Shown here piece after piece: positions 36,622 to 45,968 of a stretch of DNA of 64,000 bases. Position 1 is the first letter of the stretch; the number at the start of each line of letters is the position of its first letter. Location of the stretch: assembly GCA_964519665.1 (NCBI GenBank), contig CAZFIV010000008.1, positions 14,913-78,912 on the forward strand, written 5' to 3'. This DNA comes from an uncultured Myxococcales bacterium (GTDB taxonomy: Bacteria > Myxococcota > Kuafuiibacteriia > Kuafuiibacteriales > Kuafuiibacteriaceae). A model generated the notes under the pieces. That model was given only the letters and a program-made list of their open reading frames with translations, ran no database searches and had not been told where the DNA came from. Made by a program: the position numbers and the translations under genes.

Positions 36622-37264
36622 TCTCCGCGGAACAGCCTATCCGTTCGCCTTCCGTCAAGTGTCAGTTGCCCAACAAACAGTATTCCTAGTTTCGGGACCC
36701 ACGACTCAACACTGCGACCGACTATCCGATCAATCTGGGTTTGGCATTGGTCGTGGTTCACGATCGACGGTCGTCCGAGGTCCGCGGACAACTTTCAGAT
36801 GAGCGCTGGTATCGCTTGGCGGACCGCAGGGCTGTGCTAAGATAATTATAGTGGTTGGCCACGACGACCAAACGCTGGCCGTTTCCAGATACTCTGAGGG
36901 CGAGCGGCACAACGAGGCCGAGGTCATCGACCTCGTTCGCCTGCCTTTGGGTACCCGGCCGACGCCCATATGCGAGGTCGAATACGACGAAGTCCCTCGG
37001 CTGCGGCAGATGGACTGCGACTTCTACCAGCGGTGCCTAGGGTTTGCGGCGCAAGTTCGCTGGCGTAGCTTTCATTGTCGGCAGTGCCCTCGACATCCGG
37101 ATCGCGTAGCCCGAGATCCGGCTGCCGCCGACGCTGAGCCGCGCCCATTGCCCCACAACGTTATCCCTTTGCGAGAGCTTTGATCGCCCTTTCGGTTCAA
37201 GTGAGGTCACCGACGCCATGGGCTGAGTGACAGCTCCGGTGATGCCTGCTAGCGTGGAAGGTCG

Positions 37265-38425
37265 ATGGAGCTCAATGACGTCTTGTCCGTCGCCGTCAAG
37301 GGGGGCGCTTCGGATATCCATCTGAAAGCCGGATTGCCCCCGATGTTTCGGGTCAACGGCAAGCTCGTGCCCCTCAAAGACCGTCAACGTCTATCTCCCG
37401 AGGAGATGTCTCGGATGGCGTTGGCCATCATGAACAACTACCAGCGAGAGCGATTCAAGCAATACAACGAGATGGACTTGGCGTACGGCGTCCCGGGGCT
37501 CGGGCGCTTTCGCGTCAACGTGTTTCAGCAGCGCGGCACCGTCGGCATCGTTCTTCGGGTCATTCCATTCAAGCTCCGTTCGCTCGACGACCTCAAGCTA
37601 CCGCCGGTCCTCAAAGAGATCGCCATGGAAGAGCGAGGCCTGGTCCTGGTCACCGGCACGACGGGGTCCGGTAAGAGCACCACCCTGGCGGCGATGATCG
37701 ACCATATCAACACGTCGAAGACGGTCCACGTGATGACGGTTGAAGACCCGATCGAGTTCCTCATTCGCGATAAGCGCTCGGTGATCAATCAGCGTGAGGT
37801 CGGGGTCGACACCCTGTCGTTCAGCCAAGCCCTCAAATCCGCGCTGCGCCAGGATCCCGACGTGATCCTCGTGGGTGAGATGCGCGACCTAGAGACGATC
37901 GAAACCGCGCTGCTGGCCTCGGAGACCGGTCACCTGGTCATGTCCACCCTGCACACCCTTGACGCCACGGAGACCGTATCCCGGATCGTGGCTGTATTCC
38001 CTCCTCACCAGCAGCGGCAGATTCGCCTCCAGCTGGGAGCGACGGTCAAAGCGATCCTGAGCCAGCGGTTGGTCCCGACCCGCGACGGGGCGGGCCGGGT
38101 CGCAGCACTCGAAATACTTCGAAGCACGCCCCGAATCCGAGAGATGATCGAGGACAAAGACCGAACCAAAGAGCTACCCGAAGCGGTCGCCGAAGGCGCT
38201 TCCACCTACGGCATGCAGACCTTCGACCAAGCCCTTATGGGTCTCTTAAAAGCCAAGATCATCAGCTACGACGAAGCGCTCAAGCAGGCGACCAACCCCA
38301 GTAACTTCGCGCTTCGCGTCCAGGGCGTCGAATCATCGTCCGACTCCAAGTGGAACGAGTTCGAGCGAAACGAAGGGACCGGCGTTCATCGGTTGCCGCC
38401 GACGCGTCGTCCGTCGCGAACCTGA
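37265..38425 (+). CDS. pilT: Type IV pilus retraction ATPase PilT
   Basis: The start MELNDVLSVAVKGGASDIHLKAGLPPMFRVNGKL and the Walker A motif VLVTGTTGSGKSTTLAAMIDHIN fit, as do the PilT-specific C-terminal motifs. A GGAAGG RBS lies 4 nt upstream. Confidence 0.9.
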   Translation: MELNDVLSVAVKGGASDIHLKAGLPPMFRVNGKLVPLKDRQRLSPEEMSRMALAIMNNYQRERFKQYNEMDLAYGVPGLGRFRVNVFQQRGTVGIVLRVIPFKLRSLDDLKLPPVLKEIAMEERGLVLVTGTTGSGKSTTLAAMIDHINTSKTVHVMTVEDPIEFLIRDKRSVINQREVGVDTLSFSQALKSALRQDPDVILVGEMRDLETIETALLASETGHLVMSTLHTLDATETVSRIVAVFPPHQQRQIRLQLGATVKAILSQRLVPTRDGAGRVAALEILRSTPRIREMIEDKDRTKELPEAVAEGASTYGMQTFDQALMGLLKAKIISYDEALKQATNPSNFALRVQGVESSSDSKWNEFERNEGTGVHRLPPTRRPSRT

Positions 38426-38429
38426 CCCG

Positions 38430-38888
38430 ATGCGACGGGGTCCACGGTCCCAAACCCCGCTTGCCGCAGCCATGCAGCTGCTGGCCCGTCGCTCCCATGG
38501 GCGCGCCGAGCTCAGCAGAAAGTTGCGACAGAAAGGATTCGACTCGGCCGCAGTCGATGAAGCGATCGACCGAGCTCTGGAGCTCGGTCTCACCGAAGCC
38601 GATGATCGAGTGGCCCTGCGATACGCCACCGAGTTGGCCGATAAGAGCGGGTCTACGCCCCGCTGGGCGGAGCATAAGCTCCGTTCTAGGGGATTTTCAG
38701 ACTCCTCGATCCGAGCCGCGATCGATGCCGCCTTCGCCGACTGGGATGCCCGGGGTGCGGCACTTTCGTACGTCGGCAGCGACGAAAATGCCCCTCGGGT
38801 AGCCCGAAGGCTCGAGAGAAGGGGCTTTCCTGCCGATGTGGTAGGGTGGATGGTCCGGCATCTGCAGTCGGACCCCGAGGAGATGTGA
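38430..38888 (+). CDS. recX: RecX-family regulatory protein
   Basis: The 152-aa product is made of three helical repeats (ALQLLARRSHGRAELSRKLRQKGF; DRALELGLTEADDRVALRYA; RRLERRGFPADVV) typical of RecX. No recA is adjacent. Confidence 0.75.
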   Translation: MRRGPRSQTPLAAAMQLLARRSHGRAELSRKLRQKGFDSAAVDEAIDRALELGLTEADDRVALRYATELADKSGSTPRWAEHKLRSRGFSDSSIRAAIDAAFADWDARGAALSYVGSDENAPRVARRLERRGFPADVVGWMVRHLQSDPEEM

Positions 38889-40660
38889 AGTTGGGTGCTT
38901 TTGCGGATGTGCCAGTAGGAAGGAACAAAGGGACGCCGGTGCCCGACCATCCGAGATCGCCGCCCCAGGGCCGTCGCCCCCGCTACGAGCTGCTTCGGGT
39001 CGTCAACCGAGGAGGCATGGGGGAGATCGCGCTCGCCAAGGCGGTCGGGACCAAGGGCTTCGAAAAGCTCGTCGTGCTCAAGCGCCTGCGGGCCGATGCT
39101 GAACGCGACGATCACGTCGCGATGTTCGACGTCGAGCAGGAGGTCATGTCCCGCATCGAGCACCCGAACATCGTCAAGGTCTTCGACCAACCGATCGTCG
39201 ACGGCGTTCCTTACATGGCGATGGAGTACGTACGGGGCCGCAACCTCGACCAGGTCGTGCGGTCCGCCAATCACGCCGGCGATGCGCTTCCGTACCAGTA
39301 CTGTTTGACCGTGGTGAGCGAGGTCCTCCGAGGCCTCGCCTTTGTGCACCGCCTCAAGGACGCCGAAGGTCGAGCGTTGGGCGTCGTTCACCAGGACATG
39401 ACGCCCAGCAACGTGATGGTCTCGTTCTTCGGCGAGGTCAAAATCACGGACTTCGGAATCAGCTACGTCACGTCCCGCGATGGCGGCCTTCGCCGCGGCG
39501 TGCTCAAGGGCAAACCCCGATACGTCGCACCTGAAGTGCTCGCCGGTAAACGGGTCAACAATACAGCGGACATCTACGGAGTCGGGGTCGTTCTGTTCGA
39601 AATGCTCACCGGGCGCGCCCTGTTCGCCCGGCCGTCGGTCAAAGAAACGCTCTCCGCCGTCGCCCGCAACGAGCTACCGAATCTGGCCGAGGAGCTGGCC
39701 GATTTCGGTCCCGGCATCGTTGCCGTCATGGAGCGAGCCCTGAAGAAGGCGCCGAGCGAGCGCTACCGGACGGCCGAAGAAATGGCCGCCCACATCCTGA
39801 ACGAGCTCGCCAAACTTGGCGGCCCGATGCCGCCCGCGAATCTGGGCTTTCTGACGCGCAAGTACTTCAGCAACGATCCCGACGTTCCGGAGATCGACCC
39901 GGCGCTCGAGCAAGCCATCCGGCATGGCTCGGCATCCACTCCCGAGCTGGCGCCCAAAGACCTCGAATCCACCTTGCTCGAGCTCGACAAGCTGCTCGGC
40001 AAGGACGACTCGGTCGACCTCTTCTCGGTGCCCGAAGACATCATGCCGGAGCTCCGAGAGCTGCCGGACATGGATCCTTTTCAGGCGCATACCCCCCTGC
40101 CGGAATTCGTGCGCGACGCGAAGAGCGACGAAGAAATCCTCGCTAGGGCCGGCGTTCACCTCACGACGAACGCCGTCGAGTCGATGTTCGATGCTCCGCC
40201 CCGGGGCGGCGGCCTCACGAAAAAAGACCCGCCCTTTCCCTATGCCCCTCAGCAGCTCAAGCTGGCTCCGTTCGACTTTGCACCGGCGCCCACGTCGCCC
40301 TCCTCGGCGTGGACACCGGCCGAGCTCCTGCCACAAGTCGACGATGGTCCCACCATCGACCAGGCCACCGAGGCGCCAGAACCACTCGACGGCCGCCCGT
40401 CGTTATTGGAGCCCGGTCCCCACTCGCCTGCCCAACCGAGACCGGAAACCCCACCGTGTGAGGCCCCCGAGCCCAGCCTGGACCACGAAGGACCCAACGC
40501 CAAACCGGCAACTTCGGAATTTCTTGAACCCGACCCCCACCCCACACCCGCGCATGTGATCCAGACTGACAGTTGGTCTGGAGTCTGGGTGGGGTTCGCG
40601 TTCGGATTTGCAACCGGACTGGCCGCCGGCGCCATCCTGTACGCCGCGTTGACTCACTGA
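38885..40660 (+). CDS. Ser/Thr protein kinase with a Pro-rich linker and a C-terminal TM anchor
   Basis: Present are subdomain I RGGMGEIALAK, VVLKRL, HQDMTPSNVMV, KITDFGISY and APE. The C-terminus has a TM helix (VWVGFAFGFATGLAAGAILYAAL). The start is taken as the GTG at 38885 or TTG at 38891, downstream of a GAGGAG RBS. The track ATG at 38846 would overlap recX. Confidence 0.85.
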   Translation: MKLGAFADVPVGRNKGTPVPDHPRSPPQGRRPRYELLRVVNRGGMGEIALAKAVGTKGFEKLVVLKRLRADAERDDHVAMFDVEQEVMSRIEHPNIVKVFDQPIVDGVPYMAMEYVRGRNLDQVVRSANHAGDALPYQYCLTVVSEVLRGLAFVHRLKDAEGRALGVVHQDMTPSNVMVSFFGEVKITDFGISYVTSRDGGLRRGVLKGKPRYVAPEVLAGKRVNNTADIYGVGVVLFEMLTGRALFARPSVKETLSAVARNELPNLAEELADFGPGIVAVMERALKKAPSERYRTAEEMAAHILNELAKLGGPMPPANLGFLTRKYFSNDPDVPEIDPALEQAIRHGSASTPELAPKDLESTLLELDKLLGKDDSVDLFSVPEDIMPELRELPDMDPFQAHTPLPEFVRDAKSDEEILARAGVHLTTNAVESMFDAPPRGGGLTKKDPPFPYAPQQLKLAPFDFAPAPTSPSSAWTPAELLPQVDDGPTIDQATEAPEPLDGRPSLLEPGPHSPAQPRPETPPCEAPEPSLDHEGPNAKPATSEFLEPDPHPTPAHVIQTDSWSGVWVGFAFGFATGLAAGAILYAALTH

Positions 40661-40860
40661 GCGCTCGTATCGAGCTCGATCAGTCGAGTTCGAATCGAAG
40701 AACGACCGTCTCGCTATCTCTGGGGAGCGGGCTGGGCTGAATGGTCGTCAGCTTGAAAGTACCACTGGGCGACGTCTTCTGCTTCTGCGGCATCGTCCAG
40801 AATGCGGAGGCAGAACCCATAGACCCGGTCTTCTCGACCAAGGCCATGGGGTCGTGCGAC

Positions 40861-42387
40861 TCAGGCGCTCACCCGTTCGATGTAGGCCAGGAGCGTCCGG
40901 ACCGCGAAACCCGTCCCTCCTTTGTTGACGTAGCCAGATTCTTTGGCCGCGCTGACCGGGCCCGCGATATCGAGATGGGCCCATCGCACGTCATCGTCGA
41001 TGAACGCCTTGAGGAACAGCGCGGCCGTGATCGCGCCGCCCCAGCGCTCACCGATGTTCTTGATGTCGGCCGTCTCACTCTTCAGCTGCTCTTGAAGCTC
41101 GGCATTGAGCGGCATCCGCCAAAAAGACTCGCCCGAGTCGGCCCACGCGGCCGCGAGGTCGGCCGCCATCTGGTCGTCATCGGTGAACGCGGCCGCCATG
41201 AGGCGGCCCAGAGCGACCATGCAAGCGCCGGTCAGCGTCGCCAGGTCGATCAGGTCGGTCGGCTTGAGCTCTTGAGCGTACGCGAGCGCATCGGCCAACA
41301 CCAAGCGACCTTCCGCGTCGGTGTTGAGCACCTCGACCGTAATACCTTTCTTTCCTTCGATGATGTCTCCGGGCCGAATCGCGGCGCCGTCGGGCATGTT
41401 CTCGGCCGCACCGACGATGCCGTGCACGACACAGGGCGGACGAATCTGGGCGACCGCTTCCATCGCCCCGAGAACCGCGGCCGCTCCACCCATGTCGATC
41501 TTCATGTCCATCATGCCCTCGGACGTCTTGAGCGACAGGCCACCCGCGTCGAAGGTTATCCCCTTGCCGACGAGGCAGACGACGCGATCGGACCGACCGC
41601 GGTCTTCAGGGCTGTAGGTCACGTGGATCAGGCGCGGCTCGTTGCGGCTGCCCTGCCCGACGCCGAGGTGAAGACGCATCTTCTGGCGTTCGAGGTCGCG
41701 CACGCCGAGCACTTTGCAGGCGAGCTCGTTCTTCTTGGCCATCGCACGGGCGCGATCGGCCAGCTCGTTCGGGGTCAGCTCGTTGGGGGGCATATTGACG
41801 AGGTCGCGAGCGAACGCGACCGCCGCGGCCACCCGTTGCCCCTTTCGGAGCGCGTCGCGAAGCGCGGCACCCTTGAGCCCTTGAACGTCTTCGGCGGCGA
41901 AGACGACGTGAACCTCATTCAGCTTGTTCTCGGTCTTCTCTTTGCGCCGGTAAGCGTCGAATCGATAGTAGCCGAGCTCGGCTCCCTCGGCGAGACTCTG
42001 CATGAGCATCAACACGCGCTCTTCGGGCGCCGGTACGTCGAGGACGCTGAGTTGAAGGGCCATCGATTCGGCGCCGACCTTGCGCGCGAGCCTCGCCGCG
42101 CTCCCTGCGAAACGACGCGCCGACTCGGCGGTGTACGCTTCACGGGGGCCGTAGCCGTAGATCATGATTCGACGGGCGCCCTGCTCGGCGGCGACGTTCA
42201 CGACGACCGTCTGCCCAGGCTTGCCCTTAAAGTCTTCATCTTTGCACGCCTGCGCGAGGGTCCCGTTCAGCGCCGTGTTCAGCTGGGAAAAGGCTAAGCC
42301 GCGGTCGGGCTCGTCGGAGAAGACGCCCAGGGCGACGAGGTCGACCGGGGCCTCGCGTAGATCGTCCGTGTACAAAGACAGCTTCAT
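40861..42387 (-). CDS. pepA: Leucyl aminopeptidase (M17 family)
   Basis: The M17 signature NTDAEGRLVLADAL and the metal-binding residues are present. The start is taken at MKLSLYTDDL. Confidence 0.9.
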   Translation of the reverse strand: MKLSLYTDDLREAPVDLVALGVFSDEPDRGLAFSQLNTALNGTLAQACKDEDFKGKPGQTVVVNVAAEQGARRIMIYGYGPREAYTAESARRFAGSAARLARKVGAESMALQLSVLDVPAPEERVLMLMQSLAEGAELGYYRFDAYRRKEKTENKLNEVHVVFAAEDVQGLKGAALRDALRKGQRVAAAVAFARDLVNMPPNELTPNELADRARAMAKKNELACKVLGVRDLERQKMRLHLGVGQGSRNEPRLIHVTYSPEDRGRSDRVVCLVGKGITFDAGGLSLKTSEGMMDMKIDMGGAAAVLGAMEAVAQIRPPCVVHGIVGAAENMPDGAAIRPGDIIEGKKGITVEVLNTDAEGRLVLADALAYAQELKPTDLIDLATLTGACMVALGRLMAAAFTDDDQMAADLAAAWADSGESFWRMPLNAELQEQLKSETADIKNIGERWGGAITAALFLKAFIDDDVRWAHLDIAGPVSAAKESGYVNKGGTGFAVRTLLAYIERVSA

Positions 42388-42458
42388 CGGAGCGGTCCTT
42401 ATCGAACGGGCGACCAGGGCTGGCAAGAGGGGAATGCCGCTGCTACGATCCGCGCGCC

Positions 42459-44540
42459 TTGGCCACTCGGGCGCCGGACACTTTCGTCAAGACCCTCGTC
42501 CTGGCCCTCTGGGTCGGGACCGTCGCTTTGGGATCATTCTCTCAGGCGCACGCCCAAGCCGCGCCTGACCCCGCACCCGACGGCGCATCGGAGGACAAGC
42601 GTCCGCGAAGCCGAGATCCTCGGCGGGTAGCGATCGACGCCCGGCTGCAAACCATCCGGCCGAGCTCGACCCAACTCTCGATGGCTCCGGGAGACACCGT
42701 TTTCCTCGAATCATCCTTGCGCGTACCGGCGGGCCGGCTTCGAGGTCCCAAGTCGGATTACGAGGCCGTCGTCAGCGGTATCATCGCTCCCGAGGGGGTG
42801 GTCGTGCACCGCCGGGCCCATCGGTTCAGCCTCCGGACCCGAGGCACTGACGTGGAGGTACGGTTCGTCTACGCGGTCCACGTCGAACCGGGCACGCTGG
42901 TCGGGGGGCCGGTCCAGCTCGACCTGACCGTCGTCGAGCGGCGCGGTCTCGCCAACACCATGGCCAAAAAGGCGATCAAACATCGAATCCGATTGGACCC
43001 GGTTCGGCCCGCACCCGAAGACCTGGCCGCCGATTTCTACGGGTACCGGTTCTATAAGCGACGGGCCGAGCGACGTCGCAAAGCCCTGCTCCGGGCGGGT
43101 TTGCGCCTGCCGATGCCCGATGAGAAACGCCTCCCGCCCCTCGACCGCGCGTCGGCGAAGGTCGCGGCCCAGGTTTATCAATTCGCTCGAGAGCGCCGGT
43201 TGCTGTGGGTCGCGCACCGGCATTTGGTCGCCGCGCGCCAGCACCCCGACCCGGAAGTTCAGCGACTTGCGCAGGCTTTCCTGCAGAACCTCGATCGTCC
43301 GCGCCAGGCCTGGGATGGGGTCCCGTCGATCCCGCTGGTCGCCCGACCACCTGACCGGGCCGAAGGGGCGGACGCTTTCACGCCCTCGGCGAGGGCCGAA
43401 GGAGCGGACGCTTTCACGCCCTCGGCGAGGGCCGAAGCAGCCGGCGAGCCCCCGTCGTCAGCCGACCCGAGTCGACCGAAAAGGCTCGAACCGAGCCTCG
43501 AGTACGAGCTGGGCACCGAGCGAACACCGCCTCCAGCAGAGCCGCCTCGCCGTCCGATCGAGCCGGAGCCACCGGTCGAAGTCGAGCCACCGAAGAACCC
43601 CGAGCCGACCGACGAGGAAGAGAACCTTGACGAGGTCATCTACGAGGACGATCCGTTCTCGGATCAGCCCCGCCGACGCCTGACGCCGATTCCTAGCTAT
43701 TACCGTGGATTGCTGCTCGACGACGGCAACATCGGTCACGGAGGTGGCATTCGGGCCTTGTTCGCATCGATCGAAACGAGAGAGTCGGCCGACACCGTCT
43801 CTCTATTCTTCTTCGCGCAAGCGGCGGTGACTCGCGATCTGGGCATCGAGCTGACCGTCCCCACTCAGTATCTCGACATCACGAGCTTCCCGGGGGATCG
43901 CAATCCGCCCGCGCAGTACGAATTTGGCAACCCGCTGCTGGCCGTGAAGTACCGGTTTCATCTTCCTAAAGTGCAGGGGCGGCGCCCCGCCCTCACCGTG
44001 AGGGCGCGGTGGGGCGTGCCCGTTGCGCCTTTGCACGGGATCCCGGCCACCGAGCTGAACGTCGAGGAGTTCACCCGCGAGGTGAACTTTGCGGACACCT
44101 ACGCTTTTTTCCTGGAGAACCACTCCCTCGGGCTCGGGGCCAACTTCGCCTGGCGGTGGAAGTGGCTGTACACCGGCGTCCAGCTCTACGGGGATGCGTT
44201 CATCCCCGTAGGCGAATCCAGCCAGAACACCGCGTTCACCTCGGTGAGCTACGGTGCGTCGGTCGGTGTACTGCCGTTCGGTGACTGGGTGGGCTTCTTC
44301 GCCGAAGGACGGGGCACCAGCCTGTTCATCGGCGGCGGCCGTAACGAGTTCTTTACGTATCTAGGCGCGCGAGGCCGCGTGTTCGACCGCTTCGAACCCG
44401 CGGTCTGGATAGCGGTGCCGGTCGGCTCCGTACAAGACGTGAGCCCCATTCAGTTCGGCTTCGAGCTGCGCTTCGCGTACGACATCGACGGCGTCGAGGA
44501 ACCCGACCGAATCCGGCGCGAACAGGATATTCTGGAATAG
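42459..44540 (+). CDS. Secreted hypothetical protein with a Pro/Glu-rich repeat region and a beta-rich C-terminal domain
   Basis: It has a signal peptide (LVLALWVGTVALGSFSQAHA). An internal 12-aa tandem repeat AEGADAFTPSAR sits next to PEPPVEVEPPKNPEP. The C-terminal roughly 250 aa show OMP-like strand periodicity. Confidence 0.6.
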   Translation: MATRAPDTFVKTLVLALWVGTVALGSFSQAHAQAAPDPAPDGASEDKRPRSRDPRRVAIDARLQTIRPSSTQLSMAPGDTVFLESSLRVPAGRLRGPKSDYEAVVSGIIAPEGVVVHRRAHRFSLRTRGTDVEVRFVYAVHVEPGTLVGGPVQLDLTVVERRGLANTMAKKAIKHRIRLDPVRPAPEDLAADFYGYRFYKRRAERRRKALLRAGLRLPMPDEKRLPPLDRASAKVAAQVYQFARERRLLWVAHRHLVAARQHPDPEVQRLAQAFLQNLDRPRQAWDGVPSIPLVARPPDRAEGADAFTPSARAEGADAFTPSARAEAAGEPPSSADPSRPKRLEPSLEYELGTERTPPPAEPPRRPIEPEPPVEVEPPKNPEPTDEEENLDEVIYEDDPFSDQPRRRLTPIPSYYRGLLLDDGNIGHGGGIRALFASIETRESADTVSLFFFAQAAVTRDLGIELTVPTQYLDITSFPGDRNPPAQYEFGNPLLAVKYRFHLPKVQGRRPALTVRARWGVPVAPLHGIPATELNVEEFTREVNFADTYAFFLENHSLGLGANFAWRWKWLYTGVQLYGDAFIPVGESSQNTAFTSVSYGASVGVLPFGDWVGFFAEGRGTSLFIGGGRNEFFTYLGARGRVFDRFEPAVWIAVPVGSVQDVSPIQFGFELRFAYDIDGVEEPDRIRREQDILE
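43358..43440. repeat. Tandem 36/37-bp direct repeat x ~2.3 (ggccgaagg(g/a)gcggacgctttcacgccctcggcgag)
   Basis: Read directly from the sequence. It is in frame and encodes the AEGADAFTPSAR repeats. Confidence 0.85.
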
Positions 44541-44542
44541 CC

Positions 44543-45940
44543 ATGAACACGAACAACGCGTCCGTTGCGGGCCGGTGGATAAAGTGGTTGGGCTGGCTCG
44601 GGGCGCCGGTCGCGCTGGTCGGTCTCGCCATCGCCATCGCGCAACCCGGCTGCGCCGACAATTCGTGCACGCCCAGCGACGGCGACAACACCTCGCCGGG
44701 CCCCGCGTTCGAATGCTCCGCCCGCGAGGTCTGCTATCTCGGCGTGTGCCGGGCAACCTGCAGCGCAGGCGGCGAGTGCACGAACGACGACGACTGCGGC
44801 GGCGCCCGCCCCAATTGTGTCGCCGGCTTCTGTTCATCGTGCCAGGCCAACGAAACCTGCGTTCCGACCCTCAACATTTGCCAACCGGTCGGCGAGGTCG
44901 AGCGTCCGTCAGAGCTCGATCGACCGGTCGATGGGCCGCGCTCCGTACCGCGCCCCCTCGATGCGGGCTTTACGCCGGGCGGGGTCGTGCGCCCGGAGAG
45001 AGACGCCGGAAACGCCGAGCAGCCCCAAAACCAACCGGTCACCGTCGCTGCCGTCGTCGACCTCGGCCGGGAGTTCGACTACACGCTCGCCTCTCCCGGC
45101 GAACGAGCGATCACCATCGTTCGGGCCTTCGACACCGCAAGCGACACCCGCGCCGGGCTCAAGTGGCGAGCCGACGTCCTCCCGCCTCGGATCGAAGAAC
45201 CCTTCTCGCCCGAGGAGCTCGAACCTACGACCAACCCGATCGACGAATTTTGCGAGGTCCGTAAGCTCGCCCAACCGCAGAGCGCCCCGGCCCCGACCAA
45301 TCTCGGAGAGATCCGCATGGTGAACCCCGCCGACTTTCAGGGTTCGATCGATCCCGAGCTGACCGCGCGCTACGACGTTGCTTCCAGTGCCTACGTCGTG
45401 ACGCCCGGGCCTCTGCCGCCCGAATTCCTGACCTTCAGCGTATCGGTGCCGACCGATCCGCACTTCGTGTTCGTGAGCGGCAGCGCCCTACCCGGCGTCG
45501 TGGAGCGGGGATGGCCCGAAACGGTCGACTTTGGGCACCACGTACCCTTCGAACTCGTCCCGAGCGCGGCGACTCGCGAACGCCTGGCCGCCGGCTATGA
45601 GGTCGCCGAAGCCGCCGACCAAGATCTGATCTTCCGCTACGACCGCATCGAGACAGGCAACGATGGCTTCGAGGCCGTGTTCGTGCGGGTGGAGGGCGCC
45701 CGAAGCGAGATCTTCTGTGAGCAACGGGAAGGACCCGGCCTCGGAGGTGAGCTTAGAGTTCGGGCGGCTATCCTCGATGCGTTCCGAGACGCGGAAGACC
45801 TCGCGCAAACGGCGACGTACGAGCTCTTCTTCGAGCGGGCCAGCCGCGAACGACTGCAGCCGGCGTCCCCCGAAGGCGAGTTGGTACTGGTCACGATCCG
45901 GATCCGACACTCCCTGAAGACATCGATCGTCTTTCGATAA
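44543..45940 (+). CDS. Secreted Cys-rich hypothetical protein
   Basis: It has a signal or lipoprotein-like N-terminus and a Cys-rich module (CADNSCTPSDGDN...CSAREVCYLGVCRATCSAGGECTNDDDCGG...CVAGFCSSCQANETCVPTLNIC). The start is 3 bp after the upstream stop. Confidence 0.6.
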   Translation: MNTNNASVAGRWIKWLGWLGAPVALVGLAIAIAQPGCADNSCTPSDGDNTSPGPAFECSAREVCYLGVCRATCSAGGECTNDDDCGGARPNCVAGFCSSCQANETCVPTLNICQPVGEVERPSELDRPVDGPRSVPRPLDAGFTPGGVVRPERDAGNAEQPQNQPVTVAAVVDLGREFDYTLASPGERAITIVRAFDTASDTRAGLKWRADVLPPRIEEPFSPEELEPTTNPIDEFCEVRKLAQPQSAPAPTNLGEIRMVNPADFQGSIDPELTARYDVASSAYVVTPGPLPPEFLTFSVSVPTDPHFVFVSGSALPGVVERGWPETVDFGHHVPFELVPSAATRERLAAGYEVAEAADQDLIFRYDRIETGNDGFEAVFVRVEGARSEIFCEQREGPGLGGELRVRAAILDAFRDAEDLAQTATYELFFERASRERLQPASPEGELVLVTIRIRHSLKTSIVFR

Positions 45941-45968
45941 ACGGGGACGTCGGTCCTCTCGCCGTCGC

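Noticed and set aside
36851-37183. A 110-aa ORF with four Cys residues (C-x5-C ... C-x2-C) as a small Zn-ribbon protein.
   Set aside because: It starts inside a strong stem-loop, is Arg-rich with poor codon bias, and has no RBS. More likely it is a non-coding spacer.
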